A DNA stretch of 40,795 bases from Macrostomum lignano. Taxonomy: Eukaryota. Below are positions 1-12,229 of the stretch, one piece after another (the stretch's first letter is position 1; each line of letters begins with the position of its first letter). The notes beneath the pieces were generated by a model. It was not told the origin of the DNA. It saw nothing but the letters and a program-made list of their open reading frames with translations, and ran no database searches. Location of the stretch: the NCBI GenBank assembly GCA_002269645.1, contig NIVC01004603.1, forward strand, positions 1 to 40,795, given 5' to 3'. A program made the translations under genes and the position numbers.

Positions 1-442
1 GCTATGCGTAAGATTGATCGCAACTTTACGAGTTCGTAACTTTGCGCAAAAGACTGTTTCTCGAAACGTTCGTATGTCTATGGTCTTTCGTAGGTTGATC
101 TTAACCCTACGACTGCTCTGGTAATCAGTCGTAAGACGCACTTAAGCACATAATCGCATAGTACGTGAAGCTTTAGTCAAGCCAAGTCAAGTTAAACTTT
201 ATCGAGGTGGGTCTTTCTCGAAAGCAAACTTACGATAGACTAAGTAAAGATATTTGCAGATTTATGACCATAGACATGCAACTTTTCGTTTCAGATACGA
301 CTTACGAGCTACGAACAGCGTAAGCCACGCAAAGTTAAGTGAGTTTGAGAAAGTGTCTTACGAGCAAACTTACCTACACGTAAATTTCTTTCTTACGATC
401 TAACTTACCATACGAACATTACGTGAGTTTCTGAGAAAACCC
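1..442. mobile_element. Right part of a non-autonomous DNA transposon (PIF/Harbinger-like MITE), truncated by the window edge
   Basis: Dense reiterated CTTACGA/TCGTAAG and TTTCTCGAAA motifs. Ends in GTTTCTGAGAAAACCC followed by CAG, resembling Harbinger-type termini with a 3-bp CWG target. The left end is not visible, so neither TIR nor TSD can be confirmed. Confidence 0.4.
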
Positions 443-1039
443 CAGAGCCTGCGCGCTTGTCAAAGATATACACAGGCGCGCTTTTGCAGTCCTCCCACCT
501 GTCTGTGGTGTTCAAATTAAAACTTTGGATGAGACAACAACATTTTGACAGGCCGCATCGTTCCTGGCCTGGCGACCTTATGTACAGTGTTTACTTTTTA
601 AATTGTGAAAAAGCGTTCTGTGAGAGTGGAAACTCAGCTATAGTTCTGTTCAATAAAAGTAACTTAATATTTTAGAATGCATAGCATCGAACAAGGGTTT
701 TACACAGACTACGACAATTTGACTGCCGACGAAATTTTATGAAACCAGTAACTAATTTTAAGGAAATTCCCGAGTCAACAAAAATAAACTCTGTGCAGAC
801 AAGAAAAAAGATTTCTGAGAAGAAACTGAAGCAAAAATAGCAGGTGAGCAGGTAGTAAATTGAAGATTCTTGGGTATAAAATAGAATGGCTACAATGTAG
901 ACAAAACTTGGAATTGCCAATGGATAGTCCAGGCAACTGTTATATAATGGAGCTTTCGCAAGTCTTGGCTAAGCACGGATTCAAACAGGCTGAGTCTCAG
1001 ACCAATTAAAACTGCAACGCAAAAGTTAATCTTGCCGCA

Positions 1040-1653
1040 ATGCTGACAACACAGGCTCTATTAGGTCTTCTTGCACTTGTCGCCATTACCATCTCAAACG
1101 GCCAGGCGAGCCCCGGCGACTGCCTGACTCTCCTGCAGGGCGAGGCGGCTGACATGCTGATCGAGGCTGTGGAGGGCCTGCGGGACATCGCCGGCCGACT
1201 CGAGCAGCGACTGCCGCTCGGCTCCTCCTGCAGCCACCGAACGCAGTCTGCTGCCCTCATTGAACCAGTCGACGCTGGGCTTTGACACGCCAAATCGGCG
1301 AGCGCTCAACGCCACGCAGCTGACGCTGCAGTTCCTGCAAAGCTTCGGCTGGCCGAGAACGCGGAGGGCCTGCGATCTCTGGCCTGCAATTCGGTCAAGA
1401 TCGAGCGCCGCCTGTATGTCACCGCCTGCCTGCTCCGCCAGCTCGGCGGTGTGACGGACGCCCAAGCGGAGCAATCGCGGAATCCGTCGCAGAGTCCAGA
1501 TGGCTGCAGCAGAGCTTCAGCAGGCAGGAGCAGCGCTACAAACGAGATTACATCCTGTGCTGGGACTGCGCCAGAGCCCTGGCGACTGCCGCCAACGATC
1601 TCGTAAACGGGACGTTAAGTGAGTACTGCGTATGCAGGGAGGTCAACTCGTAG
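1040..1653 (+). pseudogene. Secreted ~205-aa helical, Cys-containing protein (four-helix-cytokine-like), interrupted by 3 apparent single-base frameshifts
   Basis: ATG at 1040 with a hydrophobic signal peptide (MLTTQALLGLLALVAITISNG). GC-rich coding-like sequence continues through frame changes near 1260, 1341 and 1450: ...AAL/LNQSTLGFDTPNRRALNATQLTLQFLQ/KLRLAENAEGLRSLACNSVKIERRLYVTACLLRQLGG/CDGRPSGAIAESVAESRWLQQSFSRQEQRYKRDYILCWDCARALATAANDLVNGTLSEYCVCREVNS, with TAG at 1651-1653. Confidence 0.5.
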
Positions 1654-2945
1654 GCCAGGACAGGCTTCTTTTCGAATTTCGTTGGAGGCCGAAAATTAAT
1701 CAGAAAGTTTTTTAGTTTTTTAGCACCAAAATTACAATGTATCTCACCTAGCTGGACTTCGAAATTTGAAAAGAATACACAGAAACAGGAACGATTGTGC
1801 TTAATTTCTATCTCCGGTAGCATATCCTCTTATACAAAATAGCTTGGCAACCTTGACAGCTATTCATAGATAACCTCATCAACTGACGGATAAAAACCCG
1901 CCCCCATCTCCAACTTGCAGGCTACATCTTACCAGACGACTGTCCGTGAGGCTCCGACGGTCTCTGTGGACTTGCCAGCTGCATCGCTGTAACTGATTTC
2001 TAAATGTACACATCATTTGTTCTTCCATTCTGGCCTATTCAGCAACTCCATTCCGAGCATTCGGTGGGCTTTTTGACAATAAGATTTTTAATCGCATTCA
2101 TGCCATTAAAGCCTATCCATCCCCTCGCACCGTCCGTCCATGTTTCTGCTGAATTTCAGCATTTTTTATTTTTAAATTAACTTTCGTCTACACATTGCCT
2201 AACTGATCACTGTATCTCAAAGCTGCTTGTTCTTACACTCGTGCAGAATACTCACTATGATAAAATATTTAGCTATTAACCTTTAAAGTATTTTTTACAT
2301 TAGTCAAAGCTAGTACCTCTTTTAACCGATCTACTATTGTGTAAAAAAATCATGATAAATGTAGATCACTTGAAAATAAATCTTCTCTATAACAAAAAAC
2401 CATTCGAGAATCCAAAGCAATTGGGAAATTGCGCGTAGCTACGCTCCTAATGCCTGTGAAATCCAATGCTGAGTTTTTTAAACACGAGAAATTGCATAAT
2501 TTGCGATAATGCGATAAAAACGAAAAGGGGTTATATTTGAACGAGATACTCTAGGTCGACATTTATAAGCTGAATGAAAGCGTAAAATATACACGATTGA
2601 GCGTAATATGGGGTGGGGCGACCAGTAAAGAGTGAAAGTGGTGCGATCAATAATTTGGGGGAATGTACGTACTAGCAAGATAAATATGCTAGTCTAAATT
2701 GAGCGTATATTTAGCTGCTATTGCAAATGTAAAAGTACAAGAAATACCGCGACACAGTGGCTGCTCCAGAACAGGCCTCGGTGCACCTGTGTGAGCGTGT
2801 GTGAGAATTGCTGTCAGCGCTGGTCGTGGACGAAGTCGCCGAAGGCCCACAGCCTTCCTGCAAATGTTTTGTGATTAACGCCCAGACACTGCTGTTCTCT
2901 GTCCCTTCGACTTAACAGCAGGGACAGCAGGGCGGTAGCCACGAC

Positions 2946-5573
2946 CAGGGGCGTAGACAGGAATTTCCTACGGGGGGAGATAACACCAAGGTGAATTTCC
3001 TACGGGGGAGATAACACCAAGGTGAATTTCCTACGGGGGGAGATAACACCAAGGTGAATTTCCTACGGGGGGAGATAACACCAAGGTGAATTTCCTACGG
3101 GGGGAGATAACACCAAGGTGAATTTCCTACGGGGGGGGGTACACCAAGGTGAATTTTCTACGAGGGGGATACACCAAGGTGAATTTCCTACGGGGGGAGA
3201 TAACACCAAGGTGAATTTCCTACGAGGGGGATACACCAAGGTGAATTTTCTACGGGGGGAGATAACACCAAGGTGAATTTCCTACGAGGGGGATACACCA
3301 AGGTGAATTTTCTACGAGGGGGATACACCAAGGTGAATTTCCTACGGGGGGAGATAACACCAAGGTGAATTTCCTACGGGGGGAGATAACACCAAGGTGA
3401 ATTTCCTACGGGGGGAGATAACACCAAGGTGAATTTCCTACGGGGGGAGATAACACCAAGGTGAATTTCCTACGGGGGGAGATAACACCAAGGTGAATTT
3501 CCTACGGGGGGAGATAACACCAAGGTGAATTTCCTACGGGGGGGTACACCAAGGTGAATTTCCTACGGGGGGGGTACACCAAGGTGAATTTCCTACGGGG
3601 GGGTACACCAAGGTGAATTTCCTACGGGGGGGGTACACCAAGGTGAATTTTCTACGAGGAGGATACACCAAGGTGAATTTACTACGGGGGGAGATAACAC
3701 CAAGGTGAATTTCCTACGGGGGGAGATAACACCAAGGTGAATTTCCTACGAGGGGGATACACCAAGGTGAATTTTCTACGGGGGGAGATAACACCAAGGT
3801 GAATTTCCTACGAGGGGGATACACCAAGGTGAATTTTCTACGAGGGGGATACACCAAGGTGAATTTCCTACGGGGGGAGATAACACCAAGGTGAATTTCC
3901 TACGGGGGGAGATAACACCAAGGTGAATTTCCTACGAGGGGGATACACCAAGGTGAATTTTCTACGGGGGGAGATAACACCAAGGTGAATTTCCTACGGG
4001 GGGGGGTACACCAAGGTGAATTTTCTACGAGGGGGATACACCAAGGTGAATTTCCTACGGGTGGAGATAACACCAAGGTGAATTTCCTACGGGGGGAGAT
4101 AACACCAAGGTGAATTTCCTACGGGGGGAGATAACACCAAGGTGAATTTCCTACGGGGGGAGATAACACCAAGGTGAATTTCCTACGGGGGGAGATAACA
4201 CCAAGGTGAATTTCCTACGGGGGAGATAACACCAAGGTGAATTTCCTACGGGGGGTACACCAAGGTGAATTTCCTACGGGGGGGGGTACACCAAGGTGAA
4301 TTTCCTACGGGGGGGTACACCAAGGTGAATTTCCTACGGGGGGGGTACACCAAGGTGAATTTCCTACGGGGGGGGATACACCAAGGTGAATTTCCTACGG
4401 GGGGATACACCAAGGTGAATTTCCTACGGGGGGGATACACCAAGGTGAATTTCCTACGGGGGGGGTACACCAAGGTGAATTTCCTACGGGGGGGGTACAC
4501 CAAGGTGAATTTCCTACGAGGTGGGTACACCAAGGTGAATTTCCTACGGGGGGTACACCAAGGTGAATTTCCTACGGGGGGGTACACCAAGGTGAATTTC
4601 CTACGGGGGGGGGGATACACCAAGGTGAATTTCCTACGGGGGGGGATACACCAAGGTGAATTTCCTACGGGGGGATACACCAAGGTGAATTTCCTACGGG
4701 GGGGGTACACCAAGGTGAATTTCCTACGGGGGGGGGTACACCAAGGTGAATTTCCTACGAGGTGGGTACACCAAGGTGAATTTCCTACGGGGGGGATACA
4801 CCAAGGTGAATTTCCTACGGGGGGGTACACCAAGGTGAATTTCCTACGGGGGGTACACCAAGGTGAATTTTCTACGAGGGGGTACACCAAGGTGAATTTC
4901 CTACGGGGGGTACACCAAGGTGAATTTTCTACGAGGGGGGTACACCAAGGTGAATTTCCTACGGGGGTACACCAAGGTGAATTTCCTACGAGGGGGGTAC
5001 ACCAAGGTGAATTTCCTACGGGGGGATACACCAAGGTGAATTTCCTACGGGGGTACACCAAGGTGAATTTCCTACGGGGGGGATACACCAAGGTGAATTT
5101 TCCTACGGGGGTACACCAAGGTGAATTTCCTACGGGGGGATACACCAAGGTGAATTTCCTACGGGGGTGGGTACACCAAGGTGAATTTTCTTACGGGGGG
5201 GGGTACACCAAGGTGAATTTCCTACGGGGGGGGTACACCAAGGTGAATTTCCTACGGGGGGGTACACCAAGGTGAATTTCCTACGGGGGGGGGGTACACC
5301 AAGGTGAATTTCCTACGGGGGGGGGGGGGTACACCAAGGTGAATTTCCTACGGGGGGTACACCAAGGTGAATTTCCTACGGGGGGGGGTACACCAAGGTG
5401 AATTTCCTACGGGGAGGTACACCAAGGTGAATTTCCTACGGGGGGGATACACCAAGGTAAAAGTGCTATGACAGAGTCACATGGTAGCATGTATAGCAAC
5501 AAAGGGCAACAAAAAAGTTTTGGTCAGGCTCTTCGGGGGGATACATCCCCCTATCCCCCCTCCCTACGCCCTG
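2946..5573. mobile_element. Non-autonomous hAT-type element carrying an internal minisatellite
   Basis: Exact 8-bp TSD GCCACGAC at 2938-2945 and 5574-5581. Termini CAGGGGCGTAG (2946) and CTACGCCCTG (5564-5573), with G-rich and C-rich subterminal tracts. Confidence 0.8.
2961..5458. repeat. Minisatellite, ~27-32-bp unit ACACCAAGGTGAATTTCCTACG(G)n[AGATA|AT|GT]
   Basis: Directly visible ~2.5-kb tandem array with a variable G-run. The ORFs at 4246-5275 are by-products of the array. Confidence 0.98.
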
Positions 5574-7020
5574 GCCACGACCCTCTCTAGCCATGGATCA
5601 AATCCAGAATGTTTATTTTTACTCAGGACAGGCTCACCTACGTCGGCCCCAACCCGGACCTCTCCGATGTTTTCAGGCCCGATAATTACTGCCAGCTCGT
5701 CCGCTACCTAAGGGCTACCGGGCGAGCGACTGTCCAACTCCTGGACTCTCCGAGGGGCACTGCGCTGCGGACACCCGCACCACCGGATCTCCCTGCGCGA
5801 TAACGCAGCACCAGTTAGCGGAATGGACGGCGACGCCTCCCCCCTGCATCTGGTTTTCCAGAGCCCCCCCCCAAAGTAAAAGTAAATTACGAATACCCTA
5901 CACAAGATGCTTTCTTGAATGTCCTTTCACACTGACATTTATCATTAGTCAGGTTCTGCTGGCCATGCAGTCCACAATTGATCAATGGAATAAAGAAAGG
6001 CACTGCTGAAAGAATTAAGAGCTGCAATCCAACACACTTAATCAATTTATTATTGCTGCAACGCTGAAAACAATAATTGTTAACGCTCTTGATATCTGAA
6101 AGCCAACACCCCCGAGGTGTGGCGCACAACAACAGGACAATGACACTGGTTGAGCAAATGAATTCGATTATTAATTATATCGATCTAGATTGAGTAACAA
6201 AGGCTAAAAACAGTTTACAGATAAAATATAGGCTGGCAGCTTACTTGGAACTCAGCTCGAGTCCAGCGCTGAGTCTTGTCACACAGGGAGATAAAATGCA
6301 AAGTGATAAAATGATATTTTTACACGCACCGGATGACCTCTCTGCGAATGACCGCTTTGACATGCCATTCGCAGTTGAGCCACCAAAGCAAAGTGAATGG
6401 AATAAAATTGAAATGCTAAAAGCTAAATTAATCGAGAACTGCACATAGCATCAATATTAGTTTATGTACAGTTTATGAGAGAAGCCATGGATAGGCCAAT
6501 TTAAATTTTAACACGGTTTGTGAAAGTTTTTGTGACATTTCACTGTCCAAAGTGAAAGCGACAGAGTTCTGCCTCTAAATTGCATTGGCTAGCTGCAGGA
6601 CTTTAGCATCCAAATCTGTACAGAGAAACAACAGCTAAAACAGGTTTAAATAGATGCAGATATCTTACTATTAATTAAAAGTTCATGCAGCTACAGATAT
6701 ACTCAAGGCTGGCTCACAATTTCCGCTAGCAACTCTGCCAGCCAAAGATTGCTCAAGCCAAATCAAGTCTAAACCAGAGTACATTAATTTGAGCAATCTT
6801 TCACTTGTGCAGCTGCTAGTGGTTGTGAGGTTGTGAGAGAGTCAAAAGTCATTGCTACTTCCTGCAAAGATGGTTACTTTTTAATAGTTTTAGAATTATT
6901 TTATAATTCAAAATCCTAAACGTGAAGTAATTCGCTTAAAAAATATCGGAAAATCCTTGTTCAAGACTTCACGACTTTTGGCGCGCATTTGAATGCAACG
7001 TTAACAACATTTTGAACTTA

Positions 7021-7401
7021 TCATCGCCGCGCGTCGGTTATCTCGGCCAGGTCAGACATTGCTGCTCCACCGCGGCCGCTCCGCTGGCAGTAGTATCGGA
7101 AGAACAGCTGCAGGAGGGCCCGCACACTGTCCAGGCTGCACGCGAGCCGGTCGCACGCGACTGTCTGATTCAGGTCCTTGGCCAGGGCGAGCCTCTCAGT
7201 CAGCTGCTGCTTGTACTCGCGCAGGGCGACAATCTCGCTCACAATCAGCCGCAGTCGCTGTTTGGATAGTCGCGGCGAAGCAGGAGCGCGGGGACTCCTG
7301 GCGTCGCTGCTGCCGAGCTGCTTGCGCGAATGTCGCGAGATGCCGCCAGCGCCGCGGCGGTTCTGATGAGTGCCGCTTTCCTGCCGACTGTCTGGCTGCA
7401 T
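7021..7401 (-). CDS. Hypothetical 126-aa protein with a predicted coiled-coil segment
   Basis: ATG at 7401 just after an AG (TTCACAG). GC-rich island in an AT-rich background. Heptad-like RLRLIVSEIVALREYKQQLTERLALAKDLNQ. No family recognised. Confidence 0.4.
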   Translation of the reverse strand: MQPDSRQESGTHQNRRGAGGISRHSRKQLGSSDARSPRAPASPRLSKQRLRLIVSEIVALREYKQQLTERLALAKDLNQTVACDRLACSLDSVRALLQLFFRYYCQRSGRGGAAMSDLAEITDARR

Positions 7402-7953
7402 ATTCTGTGAATTAAAATCTAATTTTAGCTTCTCCAGCTTTAGAGCGAAGCACGAAATTGGCTGTCAATTTTTTTTATTGAAGCCCGCAATGAGTTTTTA
7501 TCGCCCTAGCCAAGCTGAAGCGCCACCAAGGCAATTGTGTGATTGGCTGCTTCGTTTGGTCCTGCCCCTGCGTACATTGGCATGTACATTCGGGTGTACG
7601 CAGGTTGTGCTGGCCAACCCCAACCCATTCAAGCCTTATTTACAAAAACTCTGCCTAACACGGATGGCAAAACTTTTTTGTAATAACAGACCCAGAATCT
7701 GTCTGCCGTGCAAGTCACAAAACCTACTAGAGACTGCTGTGTACTAATATTATATTACTTTATACGATATCTATTTCTCACTTTCCAAATATCACTTGCA
7801 GTTGTAAAAAAAATAGAACACAACTCAGCTAGCCTAATTAAGCTCGGGGGGTTGTCTGGAGCCCATGCAGTGTCAGTATTTTGCATACACCGGTACAGAA
7901 GAAGGCCTATAACTGACGCCTAATATAGGCAAGCAAAGTCCGTCCTGGTTGTG

Positions 7954-8880
7954 TCAGTAATTCGAAACATTGTACACCGAGTTGTGCTTTGGACCACCGC
8001 ACTTCTCCTTGCTATTGCCCGGGCAGGGCATGTAGCAGTTGACCAATGTCGCGGGGTTCGGCGAGATGTTCCCGTAGCTGTCCCCGCACCAGCACTCCTT
8101 GCCATTGTGCAGCCCAAAGTACTTTTTCAGCTTGGCGTGACACCTGTCGTTGCAATTGTTGGGACTGTTCGCGTCAAATGAGCCGGCAAATACGGGCAGG
8201 TCGCGGACTTCGCTGCCCGAGACGAAGCAGCCGAGCAGAGTGGCCACGGCACGAGTGGGCACCACTTTCGTGTTAATGAACTCGTCAACTTTCTTCTTCT
8301 TAACTGAAGTTTCAACAAATGGCAATTGCAGGATGCGATGCTCATGGATCGATCGACAATCAAAACATAGAACTTTGATTGAAGGTGTGTATCAATGACT
8401 GATGTTTCTTAGAAAAATATTTGAAGGCTAGCTTTACGCGAAAAATACATTGCCGAGAGTGGAAGCCAACATGCGCCACATCAGATTTAATACTATATGA
8501 TTGCATTATTCTTTCAGTCTTACGGGTGGCACTTTTAGACTTTATGTCTGTAAAAGTAGTTTTATAAGAAAGATAAAACTGGCTATTCTAAGATTCGAAG
8601 TTTATTTTCTTTTTAAAAACTTATTTTAAGGCAGCTTGAACTCAAATCTACATGAATGTAACTGAATAAGATTCAGTGAGCTGAGTTTAGACTGAGATAA
8701 GCCGAATTTATATCGAACAAGCTGAAAATAAGCAGAGATGCGAATCAAAGCAATTCTGTGCACAACAAGAGGCAGAAAAGATGACTCACAGGGTCTCATA
8801 ATGCAGGAATCTGAGCAGGTGAATAGCACAGCCGAACAGATGACAATGCAGATTCGAAGCTGAGCAGACCTGAGCAGCAT
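7954..8880 (-). CDS. Secreted WSC-domain protein, 2 exons (8880-8790, 8303-7954), 146 aa
   Basis: Exon 1 MLLRSAQLRICIVICSAVLFTCSDSCIMRP is signal-peptide-like and ends at a GTGAGT donor (phase 1). Acceptor CTTCAG at 8304 gives T+TT = Phe in frame. The WSC Cys pattern is LGCF...CNDRC...YFGLHNGKECWCG...CYMPCPGNSKEKCGG...SVY. Confidence 0.8.
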
Positions 8881-9751
8881 TTGATACAACTGCACCAGGA
8901 AAAGTAGTGCGTTTGCTCAGAAATTCACATTCGCTTTCCCACTTATCACACAGACTCAAGCGAAATAACTATGCAAATTAGGAAAGTTAGTCTAATGAGT
9001 TGGACTTGCGCAATTCAAAAAAGCAACGCGCAGTGAAAAATTTGCTAAGTTATGTCTATGGTGTTTACGATATCATCACGATATTTTCAAGTTCAAGGCG
9101 TAGGTGGTCAAATGTGTTTGAGCTGACATTTTAACGAACATCCACCAGCTGCATCTGAAGAATTTCTGGAGCTGTCTCTTGACCAAGATGGAATCGACCT
9201 TGACGCCTGTTGAAATCCAGTCGCCTGCCAAGGACGTCTCAGAAGCAAATGATGCCCCGTGGTGGCATCCTAGCGCACCATACAGGTTTCTTGTTGACAC
9301 CGAATTTCCTAAATTATATGAATGCATAGCTTACAAAAGTTGCAGTATACTTGTCATCTACAAATACACCCCCACCCCCAAATCAAAGTAAACCTTCGCA
9401 ACAAAGTCGTCAGCAAGTGCGAGTAGCAAAAAAAGTGCACGAGAAATCGTCTTTCTTCGCTGTGATGAGCATCAAGGTGTAATGTGAGGTTGTTTGGCTA
9501 AATTCGCAACCAATGTCCAATACAGGACTAAGTAATGGCCAGTGGAAATTGAACTGCGAGAATACTGTAGCCTTTTTGTACAGCAAATCACAAAACGCGT
9601 GAGTAGACATGTTCTGAATACTGTAGTCCAAGTACATGTAGTCATTAGTTTTCATACAATTCACTCCAGCTGGAATATGAGCGTGGAATATGAGGAAAGC
9701 GTATCTGAACTGGAGTCACTGAATTCAGCTTCGGCTTGCCAGCTCGACTGG

Positions 9752-11010
9752 TCAGTCAACGTCATCTTCAAACGCCACAGTGTACGCGTCTACCCGGCAG
9801 TCGTGGCCGCCGGGCACCTCAGCAGCAGCAGCAGCGCGCGGGACCCTTTGCTGACTAGACGCACCGCTGCAGGCCGTTGGCCTGTCAAGCCGCCGCCACC
9901 GCTGGCCGCGGTCAACACCGCGTTCGCTGCACGAGTGCAAGCGACGGCCAGGCCCATGCTGCCCGCTCGGTACACCAGCACGTGACCCGTCCCGATGTCC
10001 GTGACGTACAGCTGGTCAAAACGCTCATCCAGATGAAGACCGCACGGCGACTGACCAGCCGGGTAGCTGAGGTGGCAGAGCGGTTCCAGGGTCAGCCAGT
10101 CGAACTTCACCACGCGGCGGGTCTCGGGAAACGAGACCCACAGGCAGGTCAGGCGGTGGCCGGGCACGGCGAGGTAGTAGGGCACGCCGAACCTGGCAAC
10201 GTCGATGCTGCGAATCCGCTTCAGTGCCGGCGCCGGCGTGTAGTGGTCCACGGTCAGTTGGCGCGGGTTCGTCACCCAGCACTCGCCACGGAAGTTGACT
10301 CGCACGGCGAACATACCCGGTCTGGACGGATGCGCCGTCGCTCCTCCGTCACTTCGTTGCCGACGAGTTGAAGCCTCCAGCCGGGAGGCGGCCAGCCGGC
10401 CAGCCCTATCGAAGACGAAGAGACCGCAGCGGCCGGAGGTGCTAATAGCGGTGAGGTAGATGAGGCCCGGAGTCGCATCGATGCACAGTGGCGCGCGGTG
10501 GCCCAGGCTGGCTGGCCAGCTACTGGCGTCGCCCTGCGTCCGGCAAGGCTGGGCCAGGGAGAACTCGGCGACGTCCAGGCCAGGGACCAGCAGGCGGTCG
10601 GTTTGAACGGCAAAATCGTAGGGGCTGGTCCAGGCGTTGAGCCGGACGGAGGTGAAGGCTGAGGCGCTGCGGAGTTTCCGGCCCGGTGGTGGCAGCGGGC
10701 AGATGTCGTAGGCGCCCGGTGAGCCGCTGCCGTCCGCGACGTCTTCATCTGTGCCTTCGTTGTCGCTGCGCTTTCGCAACGGCGAGTTCTGACGTCGACG
10801 GTCGCGGCTGCGGCTTCGACTGCGACTGCGCGCAAACAGCCGTCGGCGCAGCTTGATCCGCTTGAAGAAGCTGACAATGGCTGGCTGCTTCTTGCCTTTC
10901 TTCTGCTGCTGATGCATTGGGTCTTCTGCAGCCGGCTTGATTGGCACCTCATCGTCGCTGGCCGGTTTTATCTCGCGCTCCTTTCCTCGCGAGCGTCGCA
11001 GCTTTAACAT
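9752..11010 (-). CDS. Basic/RS-rich N-terminus plus NHL/SMP-30-like beta-propeller protein, with a probable frameshift near 9810
   Basis: 406-aa ORF with RSRSRSRSRD and blade-like motifs (PGLIYLTA, GLFVFDRAG, GECWVTN, SPCGLHLDERFDQLYVTDIGTGHVLVY). A more plausible C-terminus, EVPGGHDCRVDAYTVAFEDDVD*, lies in the adjacent frame and ends at 9752. Confidence 0.65.
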
Positions 11011-12229
11011 TTTTCACCTGCGTATCTCAGTTGCGTCCCTCCTCGCTGTGGCTTATGTCTCGCTCAGCTGGCGCTCTTGAGCTGGTGCATTCGAGGTCTT
11101 GTATCAGACCATGCCGGCACGACCACCGAGCTTCGATCTGTATCTTTTTTCACTTCCTTTCCTGCTTCTGCTCGGCTGCTTTCAGAGCATAGAAACTTAA
11201 TAATCAGAGCAACTCCAAAGAAGCAGGTATACGACTAAACTCAAGTGCTCCAACACTGAAGTATTTAGGTATTTATAAGCGATTCCGCAGAAGATTCTCA
11301 CTTGCTATTTGCGACTTGGCGTTTTTCGTGACAAGCGTCAAGGAATCTTGTTGACTCAGACCCAGCTGTTTGCACACCGTCTTCCTACTTTTATGCCTAG
11401 TGTTTTTGCCCGCCTTCGTGGCCCGAAAGAGCAGTCTGACTGGATCAGCGAATGCAGAGTACAAAAGAAAGAGAAAAAAGCTCGCGCTTCAATCCAAGCA
11501 AAGTGTAAAAACTGCGCAATTAGCTGGGGGCTGAGCTGAATCTGGTTTTCTTAGGTGGGGCAGAGAAAATGGAGACGAAGATCATTGGCTCCAAGTCAAA
11601 TAAATTGTGGGCTTGGACGATGAGTTACTTGAAAATGCGGCCCGTTGTTAGACCTTTTCAGGACTCTTTGGGCGTCTGCGGCAGGGTGGAAGAATGGATA
11701 GACTTGCAGAATTACCTTCACATGCAGCCATCAGACTTGCGCGCACATTATTCTGCTAAGCTACCCTGGTACATCGCTAATTTGCACTTGAGATAGTAGC
11801 CTAACTGTAGACCTTGCACTACTCTGTAGACCAAAGTCTGTACGGCTTATTTTGGCTGCGCGAGTGAAGAAAAAAATGATGAAGAGATGAGTCTGGACTG
11901 CGTGAGAAAGAAGTTGACAGTATCTAGATTTACAAAGCTATTCAGAAAGTAAACGGTGAAAGAAAACAAATTAGGCGCCGCAGACGCGCGTACCAAGAGA
12001 TTGACAGTGAGACAGCCGCAAAGCACTCGTTAGTCGTCCACTGCACAACCAGTTTCACCTCTTGGCTAGCAAACAACCTATTTTGTGACGTTACTTACTC
12101 GTCGCATCTTTGCATTATAATTCTGATCGGAACCGAACTTCTTCCAGATATAAATTCACAGAACATGAAGAATCAAACTCTGCCGAATATATATACATGT
12201 ATTATATTCCATTTAAAAGCTTTCTCTGC

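Noticed and set aside
2961-5458. Array as a CRISPR locus or as 300/336-aa proteins
   Set aside because: There are no unique spacers and no cas genes, the context is eukaryotic, and the ORFs simply translate the repeat unit.
5625-5803. Possible LINE ORF2 C-terminus ([23 protein letters not shown]), perhaps split from 2860-2937 by the hAT element
   Set aside because: The resemblance is too short and the upstream CCHC motif is unconvincing, so it is not called.
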